Positions 9,996-19,013 are shown, numbered from the stretch's first letter. The stretch is 64,000 nt of DNA from Candidatus Doudnabacteria bacterium (GCA_016186915.1 JACPKU010000006.1:249619-313618); one strand, 5' to 3'. Notes: generated from the sequence alone by a model not told the origin. Numbers and translations are program-made.

Positions 9996-10792
9996 TGGAT
10001 TACGAAAAGAAATCTTAAATTTCTTAAATCAGCCGCGGGTGAGACAAAGGCTTTTTGAAACAGTTCTGAAGAAGAAGATTGAATCGAGGTAATTTCGCCA
10101 ATCAAAAGACCGCGGGGAAACTCGTTGGCCAACCCCGAAGTAATCACCTGGTCCTGCGGCTTAATCACTTCGTTTTGGGTAATTAAGTCAAACCCCAAAG
10201 ACAAGCCATGCTCGCCCACGACTAAGCCTCGCGCGCCTGAATCCGCCACCTCGGCATTAATCTTTATAATCGGGTCAGTAATCAAAGTCACCTCGGCGTT
10301 CGTTGGATAGACTTTTGTCACTAACCCGACCAACAAACCAGGCGCTGTTATAACAGAGGTTGCCGGTCTAACCCCGGCATTTTCTCCCTTATCTATGATA
10401 ATGGTCTGGGTAAAGCCGGTGGGATCCAAAGTTTCAACTTCTGCCGCCACAAGATTAAATTCTCGCTGTTCTCTTAAAGCCAGCGCTCTTCTTAGACCCA
10501 AATTTTCCTGCTTTGCCGCGCTTAGCCTTGAATTTTCAAACGACAGTTCGTTTATTCTTTGATTGAGCTCCGCATTTTCCTTTACAATGTCCCTGATGGC
10601 AAAAATTACTCCAAAAAAACTCTTTACTGAATCAGTCCCTTTTACCACCGTCTGAACACTTGGGCCGTAAGCGCGCAAAAAAACGTCTTTGGCAAAATCT
10701 GAATAGCCTTTGGCGTCCGCCATGATCAACAAAGCAATCAAAACGAAGACAACGGACAGCCGAGCAAACGTCTTGGTGTAAATAAATCGCAT
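9992..10792 (-). CDS. mreC: Rod shape-determining protein MreC
   Basis: N-terminal TM plus coiled coil; IDKG...GV, TSGL...FPRGLLIG. Confidence 0.95.
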   Translation of the reverse strand: MRFIYTKTFARLSVVFVLIALLIMADAKGYSDFAKDVFLRAYGPSVQTVVKGTDSVKSFFGVIFAIRDIVKENAELNQRINELSFENSRLSAAKQENLGLRRALALREQREFNLVAAEVETLDPTGFTQTIIIDKGENAGVRPATSVITAPGLLVGLVTKVYPTNAEVTLITDPIIKINAEVADSGARGLVVGEHGLSLGFDLITQNEVIKPQDQVITSGLANEFPRGLLIGEITSIQSSSSELFQKAFVSPAADLRNLRFLFVIQ

Positions 10793-10795
10793 AGG

Positions 10796-10872
10796 TTAGA
10801 ATTTAGAATCTAGAATATAAAATATAGAATATAGCCGGCTCCCAAAAATTCCAAATTCAAAATTCCAAATTC
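10796..10872. repeat. Two opposed degenerate 7-mer tandem arrays, (TAGAATH)n and (AAATTCM)n
   Basis: ttagaatttagaatctagaatataaaatatagaat...aaattccaaattcaaaattccaaatt between mreB and mreC. Confidence 0.8.
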
Positions 10873-11930
10873 TACCTGGGGATTCGCTCAAATTCCGTAG
10901 CTACCAAAACATCTTTCAGCGTTTCCAGGTCTTCCAGCACGATCCCCGCTCCTCTGGCCACAGCGGTTAGTGGATCGTCCGCCACGTATACTGGCATTTG
11001 GGTTTCTTCCGCAACCAGCCGATCCAGTCCTCGAAGCAAGGCGCCGCCACCGGCCAGTGTGATTCCCTGCTCCATGATATCTGCCACGAGCTCTGGCGGG
11101 GTTTCTTCCACAGCCGTTTTGATGCTGTTGACTATCACTCTTACTGATCTCTGGAGCGCCCCTCTGATTTGTTCATCGGTTACAGCCACTTCTTTTGGCA
11201 AGCCAGTAACCAAATCTCTGCCTCGAATTTTGGCCATTAAGGTTTCTTTCATTGGATAAGCCGAGCCGATCTTAATCTTCACATCCTCGGCTGTCCGCTC
11301 ACCCAATAGCAAATTAAACTCGTCTCTGGCAAACTGAATGATGTTTTGATTCATCTCGTCTCCCGCCACGCGGATGCTTCGCGACGTGACAATCCCACCC
11401 AAAGAAATCACTGCAATCTCCGCTGTCCCGCCGCCTATATCTACGATCATTGAACCTGATGCGTCCTGAATCGGCAATCTCGCGCCGATGGCCGCAGCCA
11501 TGGGCTCTTCGATCAAAAAAGCCTGTCTGGCACCCGCGTTGAGAGTAGCGTCCTGAACGGCTCGCCTTTCCACTTCCGTAACCCCCGAGGGAATGCCCAC
11601 CACCACCCGCGGTCTGGATAAAAACCCAAAAGCGGATTGATTAACCTTTTCAATAAAATATCTAAGCATCTGCTCAGTGATTTCAAAATCCGAAATCACG
11701 CCGTCGACAAGCGGCCGGTTTGCCACGATATGGGATGGAGTCCTGCCGACCATCCGCTTGGCTTCTTCGCCGATCGCCAAAATTTGCTTGGTTTTCTGGT
11801 TTACCGCGACAACCGACGGCTCATTAATAACAATGCCCTTGCCGTGAACATAAACAAGGGTGTTGGCTGTTCCCAAATCAATTCCCACATCATTTGAAAA
11901 TTTATCAAAAACGAAATCTAGAAGCGCCAT
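10872..11930 (-). CDS. mreB: Rod shape-determining protein MreB
   Basis: GIDLGTANT, EPSVVA, IEEPMAAAIGA, DIGGGT. Confidence 0.98.
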   Translation of the reverse strand: MALLDFVFDKFSNDVGIDLGTANTLVYVHGKGIVINEPSVVAVNQKTKQILAIGEEAKRMVGRTPSHIVANRPLVDGVISDFEITEQMLRYFIEKVNQSAFGFLSRPRVVVGIPSGVTEVERRAVQDATLNAGARQAFLIEEPMAAAIGARLPIQDASGSMIVDIGGGTAEIAVISLGGIVTSRSIRVAGDEMNQNIIQFARDEFNLLLGERTAEDVKIKIGSAYPMKETLMAKIRGRDLVTGLPKEVAVTDEQIRGALQRSVRVIVNSIKTAVEETPPELVADIMEQGITLAGGGALLRGLDRLVAEETQMPVYVADDPLTAVARGAGIVLEDLETLKDVLVATEFERIPR

Positions 11931-11986
11931 CTTATTCTTTCAACTTAATAGAGAATCGGTTTGTTTTAATTTTTACCTCGTTATTT

Positions 11987-13225
11987 TTATAAGCTCTCGG
12001 AAAGATCCTTTATTTTTACTAATTTTGTTTTATCGCTTCCTCGTTGTTTGGTTTCGACCGAGTCAGACTGCAATGTCTTATCAGAAACCAATACGCGGGT
12101 GGGGATCCCGATCAAATCGCTATCTGCAAATTTACTCCCTGCGCTTACTTCTCTCTCATCGTATAGTACCTGAGTGTTCGTCTCAAGTAAAGCTTTGTAT
12201 ATTTTGTCCGCGGGTGTTTGATTTTTCGAGATATTGATAAGATGGATATCGAAAGGAGCAATGGCCTTCGGCCAGATCATCCCTTGCTCATCATGACTGA
12301 CTTCCACCACCGCTCCCATAAGCCTGCCCAGACCAATACCGTAACTGCCCATAATCACCGGCTGTTCCCTGCCTGTCTCGTCTTTTACTGTAAGACCCAA
12401 GGCTTGGGAATACTTAGTTCCCAGTGGAAAAATATTCCCCACTTCAATGGCTTTCTTTTCTTTAAGCTTGGTTTTATCTAAGCCCAGCTTTTTTAAATTT
12501 TCTTCGGTATAGACTTCTTTATTTATGGCCAGCTTCTTTTTTTCATCGACATAAATTACGTCCTCGCCCGAGTCAGTAACAGTCTGAAACTCGTCGGTAA
12601 GCCCGGTAGTAAAAGATCCGCCCGCGGCGGCGGTGCGAAATGTTCTATCCCCCAAACCCACGCGCTCGAAAATTTTAAGATAGGCGCCGGCGCACAATTC
12701 ATAAAATTCCCTAAATTCTTTTTGGGTTTTACTGAAGGAATAAAGATCCTTCATCAAAAACTCTCGGCCTCTTAAAATCCCGCTTTTGGCGCGCAACTCA
12801 TTTCTAAATTTCGTTTGAAATTGGTAAATATAGATCGGTAAATCTTTATAGGAACTTACATAATGGGTAAGCAAAAAAGTAAGCGGCTCTTCATGCGTAT
12901 TGGCAATGCCGACGTCTGAGCCGTTGGCTAACTTGGTCTTAAACCAATTATCCACCAGCTTGTCGTCCCACCGGTTGGTTTTTCCCCAAACCTCCTTATC
13001 CTGCAGCGTGGTCATGAGAACTTCCTGTCCGCCGATCGCATTCATTTCTTCTCGGATGATCTGTTCAATTTTTTTCAACACCATCAAGCCAAGCGGCAAG
13101 TACTCGTACACGCCAGCCATCACTTTATGGATAAAGCCGGCGCGCGTCAAAAGCCGGGCATTGGTGGCCACTTCGTCCTTTGGCGCTTGTTTTAAAACTT
13201 TGGTAAATAATTGCGACTGCTTCAT
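11987..13225 (-). CDS. proS: Prolyl-tRNA synthetase (short form, no INS editing domain)
   Basis: FRNELRAKSGILRGREFLMKDLYSF, MGSYGIG. Confidence 0.96.
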   Translation of the reverse strand: MKQSQLFTKVLKQAPKDEVATNARLLTRAGFIHKVMAGVYEYLPLGLMVLKKIEQIIREEMNAIGGQEVLMTTLQDKEVWGKTNRWDDKLVDNWFKTKLANGSDVGIANTHEEPLTFLLTHYVSSYKDLPIYIYQFQTKFRNELRAKSGILRGREFLMKDLYSFSKTQKEFREFYELCAGAYLKIFERVGLGDRTFRTAAAGGSFTTGLTDEFQTVTDSGEDVIYVDEKKKLAINKEVYTEENLKKLGLDKTKLKEKKAIEVGNIFPLGTKYSQALGLTVKDETGREQPVIMGSYGIGLGRLMGAVVEVSHDEQGMIWPKAIAPFDIHLINISKNQTPADKIYKALLETNTQVLYDEREVSAGSKFADSDLIGIPTRVLVSDKTLQSDSVETKQRGSDKTKLVKIKDLSESL

Positions 13226-13277
13226 TTGCTTTATTTCAGAGATGAAATATTAATATCTCAATCTATTATACCTTCTC

Positions 13278-13306
13278 TTGACAAAATGCGCAAAAAAAGT
13301 ATTATA
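13278..13306 (+). promoter_or_regulatory. sigma70-like promoter TTGACA-17-TATTAT
   Basis: ttgacaaaatgcgcaaaaaaagttattat, divergent from proS. Confidence 0.65.
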
Positions 13307-13343
13307 TTATTTTAAAGCTGGCACCGACCACCCTACCAGCGAA

Positions 13344-13496
13344 GTGGCAGAGTGCTTTGCTTGCGAAGCGCAGCAAGAGCGCGAGGCAGCGGCCAGATTC
13401 ACTGAGGCGGCATTGGATGTAGACCAAGCTGTTCGGCAACGAGCAGGTGAAATGCCCAGCGATGCAATGGAACGGACGCAAGAGCGCGATCCGTAG
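13344..13496 (+). CDS. Putative 50-aa orphan (GTG start, CxxC, helical) or a structured ncRNA of ~240 nt
   Basis: Lies between a promoter and a terminator; the TTG at 13278 is the -35 box, not a start; no SD sequence; several GNRA-capped stems also possible. Confidence 0.4.
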   Translation: MAECFACEAQQEREAAARFTEAALDVDQAVRQRAGEMPSDAMERTQERDP

Positions 13497-13508
13497 CTAC
13501 GAAAACCC

Positions 13509-13555
13509 GGGGAGCGTAAAGATTTTATATCCTTCGCTCCCCACACCCTTTTTTT
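13509..13555 (+). terminator. Putative intrinsic terminator GGGGAGCG...CGCTCCCC plus T-tract
   Basis: Stem followed by T7 downstream of the orphan unit. Confidence 0.6.
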
Positions 13556-13614
13556 CTAAAGGACTTTTTTTATTTTTTTATTTTAAAGCTCCCCTGCAAC
13601 CACGCTCAGCCCTC

Positions 13615-13648
13615 TTGATCTTTTCACGCGATCGCTGAAAAAGGTCAA
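13615..13648. repeat. Palindromic repeat B2, downstream copy (TTGATCTTTTCACGCGATCGCTGAAAAAGGTCAA)
   Basis: 27/34 identical to 14280-14313; GCGATCGC core. Confidence 0.85.
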
Positions 13649-13661
13649 CAGATCCAGTGAC

Positions 13662-14228
13662 TCAAAGCTCAAATAACCTAACTAAGTCCTTTTGAATATC
13701 AATCTTTTGCACTGTCAATATTCTAATATAGGATCTCACTTCATAAAGCTCACCGATAAAATCAACTTCATCTTCACAGGAATAGGGATAAATCCAAACA
13801 CTTTTCTGCAATTTATAAAACCCTAGCTCTTTTAGTTTATTACGCAGACACTCCCTCCCCATCTTATATTTTTCGGGAATATCAAAAATTACCACACGCC
13901 ATTTACGATCCCATTTCCAGGGCTTTTTGATTCGCATGTCTTCAAGTTTGTATTTCAATACTTTATTTTGTCCGTTCTTTGTAAGTCCTACCACGGTTGT
14001 GTCACCATTTTGTGATACGCCAATCAATCTTTGCTTCTCTATTCTCCTTAAAGAATCATAGACCTTCCGTCTGCCCACTCTTGGGAGACCAAGTTCGTCG
14101 GCAATCACCATAAATGTCAATGGCCCTGCAACAGGAATTGCCAACACTCCGGCTGCGGCGAGAGTTAGCAAGACGGTTTTAGTGATCTTTAGTCTTCGTT
14201 TTGTTTTTTCAGTGTTCAATTTCTTCAT
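13662..14228 (-). CDS. PaaX-like regulator with Cas2-like domain (paralog 2)
   Basis: WDRKWRVVIFDIPE...LKELGF..LQKSVWIYPY; shares AG.LAIPVAGPL with 5775..6353. Confidence 0.85.
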   Translation of the reverse strand: MKKLNTEKTKRRLKITKTVLLTLAAAGVLAIPVAGPLTFMVIADELGLPRVGRRKVYDSLRRIEKQRLIGVSQNGDTTVVGLTKNGQNKVLKYKLEDMRIKKPWKWDRKWRVVIFDIPEKYKMGRECLRNKLKELGFYKLQKSVWIYPYSCEDEVDFIGELYEVRSYIRILTVQKIDIQKDLVRLFEL

Positions 14229-14279
14229 AGTTCAATTTCTTCATAATCTTCGGGTAACTTTATCTCCGGATTACTTTTA

Positions 14280-14313
14280 TTGATCATTTACTGCGATCGC
14301 TTAAAATAGTCAA
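14280..14313. repeat. Palindromic repeat B2, upstream copy (TTGATCATTTACTGCGATCGCTTAAAATAGTCAA)
   Basis: Homologous to 13615-13648. Confidence 0.85.
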
Positions 14314-14355
14314 TTAAAGCAATCAAACACATAACAATTTTTAAATAAATAAATT

Positions 14356-15471
14356 TTAAATAAACAAATTCTTCACTCTTTCTATTATATCAAACCGGCC
14401 GAAGTCTTTGACCGTAACCAAAACCATAAGCAATAACAGCAGGACAAAGCCAACCGTATTGGCCACTTGCTCAATCTTGGCTCTCATTTTCTTGCCTCGA
14501 ACCTTTTCGATTATCAAAAATAAAATTCTTCCGCCGTCCAGGGCTGGAAACGGTATAGCATTAATAATTGCCAAATTCACTGAAAGCACGGCCGTAAATT
14601 GGACTAAATAAATAAATCCAAGTTGCGCCACATCGCGAGTCAGCACGGCAATCCCCACCGGTCCGGCCAAATCAGCGCCCACCCCCTGTCCTGCAAACAA
14701 CCTCGATATGATTACGCCAAAAGCGGAAAGAATGCTCAACAGTAGATTAAACGTTGCCACTAGGCCGCGTGGCAGAGTCTCATACCACGGATAAGCCACT
14801 CTGGCCACTGTGGATACAGTGACGCCAATTGGTCCTTCGTCTTCAGGATGGTCTTCTCTTGGAATCAATGTCCGGTCAAATTCTTCGCCGCCTCGCTTTA
14901 TAGTGTAGAGGGTTTCAAGTCCGGCATTATTTTTAGCTAAAATCGCGGTTTCCTCAAGCGTGTCAATCTCCTCGCCGTTAATTGCCAGCACACTGTCCCC
15001 AACTCGCAGTCCCGCCTGATCAGCAGGTGAATCCGAAGCTATCTCCACCACTGAAACATGAACTTCACGAACCTTAGCAGAATCAGAAAGCTCTGCAGGG
15101 TCTCCGATCACGGTGGGCAGCCCCAGTCCCAGCCCTAAAGAAATTAACACCCAAGCCAGAATAAAATTCATTGTCACGCCAGCAACCAAAACCATAAAAC
15201 GCGAGCCGAATCGTTTATTGCCGAAACTTCTCGGATTATCAGAATCCGAACCGTCCTCACCCACGATTTTTACGAATCCCCCAAGCGGTATCCAGTTAAG
15301 CGAATAAACCGTACCTCCTTTTTTAAATCCAAACAGGCGTGGAGGAAAGCCAAACCCAAACTCCTCTACTTCCATCCCGGCCCGCTTGGCCATGACAAAA
15401 TGTCCCAGCTCGTGCACAAACACGAGCAGGCCTAAAATCAGGATAAAAATTATTATTGTGAGAATAATCAT
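14356..15471 (-). CDS. rseP: RIP metalloprotease RseP
   Basis: HELGH, PDZ domain, N..P.PALDGG. Confidence 0.96.
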   Translation of the reverse strand: MIILTIIIFILILGLLVFVHELGHFVMAKRAGMEVEEFGFGFPPRLFGFKKGGTVYSLNWIPLGGFVKIVGEDGSDSDNPRSFGNKRFGSRFMVLVAGVTMNFILAWVLISLGLGLGLPTVIGDPAELSDSAKVREVHVSVVEIASDSPADQAGLRVGDSVLAINGEEIDTLEETAILAKNNAGLETLYTIKRGGEEFDRTLIPREDHPEDEGPIGVTVSTVARVAYPWYETLPRGLVATFNLLLSILSAFGVIISRLFAGQGVGADLAGPVGIAVLTRDVAQLGFIYLVQFTAVLSVNLAIINAIPFPALDGGRILFLIIEKVRGKKMRAKIEQVANTVGFVLLLLLMVLVTVKDFGRFDIIERVKNLFI

Positions 15472-15540
15472 AAAATAGTTCTAAGTTCCAAGTTCTGATC
15501 CAAGTTCTAAGTAGGAACGTAGGATTATATAAACTTTCTA

Positions 15541-16092
15541 CTAGATAACTAAAACCTCTTTCTCTTTTGCCTCTGTGATTTTCTTAATCTCTTCATTGAA
15601 TTCATCCACAATTTTTTGCAATTCTTCTTTGGCACTTTGTCTGTCATCCTCCGAAATCTTGCCGTCCTTTTCCGATTTCTGAATCTCCTTCCAGATATCT
15701 TCGCGGATGTTGCGGATAGCGACCCTCGTCTTTTCGCTCATCTGCGAAACTGTTTTGACCAAGTCTTTTCTGCGTTCTTCATTCATTGGCGGAATCGTAA
15801 GCCTGATCAAACTTCCTTCATTGCCTGGATTGATCCCAAGATTTGAAGTCTGAATTGCTTTTTCGATCGCGCCAAGTGAGCTCTTGTCATAAGGCTGAAT
15901 GGTGATGCTCCGCGGCTCTGGCACGGTAATTTGGGCAATCTGCAGAAGCGGAGTTTTAACGCCGTAATAGTCAACCAAGAGGTTTTCAACCAGAGCAGAC
16001 TGCGCGCGCCCGGTTCGAAGCGTGCTTAGTTCAGAGCGCAGGTGGTCCACTGCTTTCTCAAATTCCGGTTTTTTTTGCTTGATTAAATCCAT
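15541..16092 (-). CDS. frr: Ribosome recycling factor
   Basis: LRTGRA, VDYYG..TPL.QIA, RVAIRNIR. Confidence 0.98.
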   Translation of the reverse strand: MDLIKQKKPEFEKAVDHLRSELSTLRTGRAQSALVENLLVDYYGVKTPLLQIAQITVPEPRSITIQPYDKSSLGAIEKAIQTSNLGINPGNEGSLIRLTIPPMNEERRKDLVKTVSQMSEKTRVAIRNIREDIWKEIQKSEKDGKISEDDRQSAKEELQKIVDEFNEEIKKITEAKEKEVLVI

Positions 16093-16102
16093 ATTTTTAA
16101 AG

Positions 16103-17128
16103 CTAAATTCTGCCTCCCAACCCCAAATATATCACATTTGAAGTCTGCGGGTTAACCCTTATCAGTCGGACGGCTTGTCCAGTATCGAGTCGTTTGGTCT
16201 CCCAAGTCGAGCCATTGTTTACACTTTTGAACAGAGTTGATCCAATATTGGCAAATACATTGGCGGCATTCATCGGGTTGACTTCCACCGCCTGCACCCG
16301 TCGCTCGGCAGTGTTAGCCGGCAGATTGACCAAATCCCAAGTGCTGCCGTCGTCTTGGGTTCTCACCAGCCCCTGCTCCGTGGCCAAATAAATATTTTGC
16401 GTTGAGTTAGCAGGCGTCGCAAAATCGTAAAACAAACTAATGGCAAGAGCGGGATCGCTAATTTTGTCCGCCCAAGTTTTACCTTGATCAGAACTCATGA
16501 ACAACCCTTTTCGCTGAGTGAGGAGAAACGTCTTGTTCCCCGAGACTGATCTTATCTTGACTATTCGATCGTTGAAATCCTCGCCCGCTTCCCAAGTCGC
16601 TCCTTCGTCGCTTGATCTGATGACCTCGCCAGAAGCAAGACCAGCCACCAGCTGGGAGCGGTTAAGCAGACCGACTGATATAGCAGTCACGGCGTTATTT
16701 TTGTTTGGTTCGGAAAAAATATCCAACCAAGACATGCCGCCGTCCAAAGTTTTGATAATTTTGCCGTTGCTCCCCGAAATGCCGGAAGCATACACCACGC
16801 CCGGCTGAAACGGATCGGCTGTGAGGTCGGAAACATTGATGCCGGTTAGGATAAATTGCCAAGCCTTCCCCCCGTCTTCGGATTTATATATTCCGGAAGG
16901 ACTGCCAAGGTAAACCTTGACTGAATCGAAAGGATCAAACAGCAAACTGGTAACAGTCAGGTTGTCTATACTTCCTCGGCCGGAAACAGCGTTGCTTGGG
17001 CTGAAGCTTTGGCCGCCGTCCTGTGAAAGATACACGCCCTTGCTGCCGGTGTTTAAAGGATCGTTCAACAAATTACAACTCGCCGCTGTGAAAGTAAGAC
17101 CTATCAATAATATGGCTATCTTGCGCAT
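16103..17128 (-). CDS. BNR/Asp-box beta-propeller lipoprotein (YCF48/sortilin-like)
   Basis: Lipobox TAASC; repeated S.DGG.TW Asp-boxes. Confidence 0.8.
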   Translation of the reverse strand: MRKIAILLIGLTFTAASCNLLNDPLNTGSKGVYLSQDGGQSFSPSNAVSGRGSIDNLTVTSLLFDPFDSVKVYLGSPSGIYKSEDGGKAWQFILTGINVSDLTADPFQPGVVYASGISGSNGKIIKTLDGGMSWLDIFSEPNKNNAVTAISVGLLNRSQLVAGLASGEVIRSSDEGATWEAGEDFNDRIVKIRSVSGNKTFLLTQRKGLFMSSDQGKTWADKISDPALAISLFYDFATPANSTQNIYLATEQGLVRTQDDGSTWDLVNLPANTAERRVQAVEVNPMNAANVFANIGSTLFKSVNNGSTWETKRLDTGQAVRLIRVNPQTSNVIYLGLGGRI

Positions 17129-17129
17129 T

Positions 17130-17981
17130 TTAAGTCGCTAATATTAATTCCGACAAAACAAGCTTCGCATTAAGATTCTGTTCAATGAATCTGCGCGCTC
17201 TGCTCACCAGTCTGAGTTTATTGGCCAACTCCGGCTTCCCGGTGAGGTTGAGATCGCGCTCAAGCCGGACCAGCCAAAAATCCAACAACGTTTTGATCTC
17301 GGTCGTTTCCTGTCCCGCAATCTCTTGAGCCAGAAGCAGTCGGTCGATTCTTTCTGCTTGATTAAATGTTTGATAAGACAAGCCCCAGCTTTCAAGTTCT
17401 GTGAAGTTTTCAGGATCCGCCAAAACTTTTTTAACCCAACCAGGACGGCCGGCCGCCACTGACGAAATTAGATCTTTTTGGTCTGCCGAAAGCGTAGCCG
17501 GCACCAAGACCTTGAGCTCATCCTCTCCTACCAGCCCAAAATTAATTTTTTGCGTGCGGCTGATAATTGTTTTAGGCAATCGCTCCACCGAACTAGTAAC
17601 AAGGATGATCACGGTATTGGGTTTTGGCTCTTCCAAAGCTTTGAGCAAAGCATTGCTGGCTTCCAAGGTCATGGTCTCAGCCCGATCTATCAGCGCAACT
17701 TTATATTCAGCCGAATAAGGCTTAAGCGATAATTTGTAAATCAACTCTCGGATCTTTTCTATCTTTATCCCTGCTTCGTCTTCTATCAGTAAAAAGTCTG
17801 GATGAAAATAATTTTCGAATGAAGGAGGATCAATCAGAACTTTCGCCAGCCATATCCCCACCAATTTTTTCCCCACCCCTTCGGGACCTGCAAAAATATA
17901 AGCGTGCGGCACCCTGTCTTTTGCAATAGCACGCGCCAACATATCTATTTGCCTTTTGTGTCCTACAATTCCTTCAAGCAT
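17130..17981 (-). CDS. holB: DNA polymerase III delta' subunit
   Basis: HAYIFAGPEGVGK, HPD, NALLKALEEP, TIISR; probable start MLEGIVGH at 17981. Confidence 0.92.
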   Translation of the reverse strand: MLEGIVGHKRQIDMLARAIAKDRVPHAYIFAGPEGVGKKLVGIWLAKVLIDPPSFENYFHPDFLLIEDEAGIKIEKIRELIYKLSLKPYSAEYKVALIDRAETMTLEASNALLKALEEPKPNTVIILVTSSVERLPKTIISRTQKINFGLVGEDELKVLVPATLSADQKDLISSVAAGRPGWVKKVLADPENFTELESWGLSYQTFNQAERIDRLLLAQEIAGQETTEIKTLLDFWLVRLERDLNLTGKPELANKLRLVSRARRFIEQNLNAKLVLSELILAT

Positions 17982-18084
17982 ATCAGTTATTATACCATTT
18001 TTCAAATAGATAACAAAACTTTTTGGCCCCAATCTAAATAGAATGCTATTATAAATCATCTAGGTCTAGCCACAAGGAGGAAAG

Positions 18085-18369
18085 ATGACTATTTGGGACA
18101 ATGCTACACCCGAACAGATTCTCGACCGAGTCAAGGCAATCGTGGCACCACATGGCTTAAACGCCGAATTTCTCGAAGGGATCCTGTCCGTTGGCGTTCA
18201 AGGGGACGATCGTACCTACACTCCCGTCGTGGTCCTGAACGGGCCGCATCCGGGCTGGGAAATCCTGGAGAGGCTTTCATCACAAATCTCCAACGAAACG
18301 CCCGTGAACCGAGTCACGTTCGAGGTTGCCACTCGGCCCACGACGCTCTCAAACCGGCGAGCGCGATAG
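18085..18369 (+). CDS. Small protein resembling the isolated C-terminal domain of GMP synthase
   Basis: SVGVQGD.RTY and LERLSSQI.NE..VNRVT.EV resemble the GuaA C-terminus; SD AAGGAGG; hairpin CCCGTCGA/TCGACGGG plus T-tract downstream. Confidence 0.75.
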   Translation: MTIWDNATPEQILDRVKAIVAPHGLNAEFLEGILSVGVQGDDRTYTPVVVLNGPHPGWEILERLSSQISNETPVNRVTFEVATRPTTLSNRRAR

Positions 18370-18472
18370 AGACTGAGTAATTGCGCAGGCAGAACTGCCC
18401 CGTCGACACTCGCTATCGACGGGATTTTTTATATTAACAAATTACTACAATACAAAATAAATTCACGCAAAC

Positions 18473-18549
18473 AAAAAAACCAGCCCTGACCTAACGTCGG
18501 GGCTGATTTTTTACGCGTTACATTTCTTGTACAAGATTTAGGCTTAACC
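18473..18549 (-). ncRNA. Putative ~78-nt small RNA (unit 3 of the ncRNA island)
   Basis: TTGACG-17-TATGAT promoter (18584-18556); terminator CAGCCCCGAC/GTCAGGGCTG plus U7; no ORF inside the transcript. Confidence 0.5.
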
Positions 18550-18617
18550 TTAACTATCATAAAATTGCTAAATCTTCACGTCAATAAATTTGTATTTCCT
18601 AAGATTTAGAAGGATTG

Positions 18618-18648
18618 TGTGCATATTCTCTGGAAAACTGCTGGATAA
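18618..18648. promoter_or_regulatory. Three degenerate DnaA-box-like 9-mers at 11-bp period
   Basis: TGTGCATAT, TCTGGAAAA, GCTGGATAA compared with consensus TGTGNATAA. Confidence 0.4.
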
Positions 18649-18695
18649 ATTGTACATTACCAAAATTTTAAGATTTGATTTCTAACTTTTGCATT

Positions 18696-18935
18696 AAAAA
18701 AATCACTAAAAAGTGATTTTTTTATAGACCGGTGTGCTGCTGATTTTGTTCTACCACTCTCTTACGAACCTAGCAGAACCCAGGGACCGGGTCCAAGAGG
18801 TTGCCCTTACTTGTTTTACACCTAAGCCGTTTCTTGCTTAAGCGAACCCTTGATCAAAACCTGCATCTCCTGATCCTCCGAACAGCCTTGCAGCTGCCCG
18901 CTCCGCCTAAGTTGCCTCAAACGGAGACCAATGGT
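18696..18935 (-). ncRNA. Putative ~240-nt multi-stem ncRNA (unit 2)
   Basis: TTGACA-17-TAAAAT promoter (18970-18942); GCAA-capped stems with G-U pairs on the minus strand; terminator 18696-18723. Confidence 0.7.
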
Positions 18936-19013
18936 GAATGTATTTTAGAAATTATTAAAATCAGTGTCAATAAATTTTAAAAACCCAGTTTTTATTAAAC
19001 TTTTGATAAATCC

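Noticed and set aside
5775-14228. CRISPR-Cas system suggested by Cas2-like domains and ~30-bp palindromic repeats
   Set aside because: The repeats occur only as pairs around whole genes or singly, with no spacer array and no cas1 or effector genes; the proteins match PaaX-like regulators.
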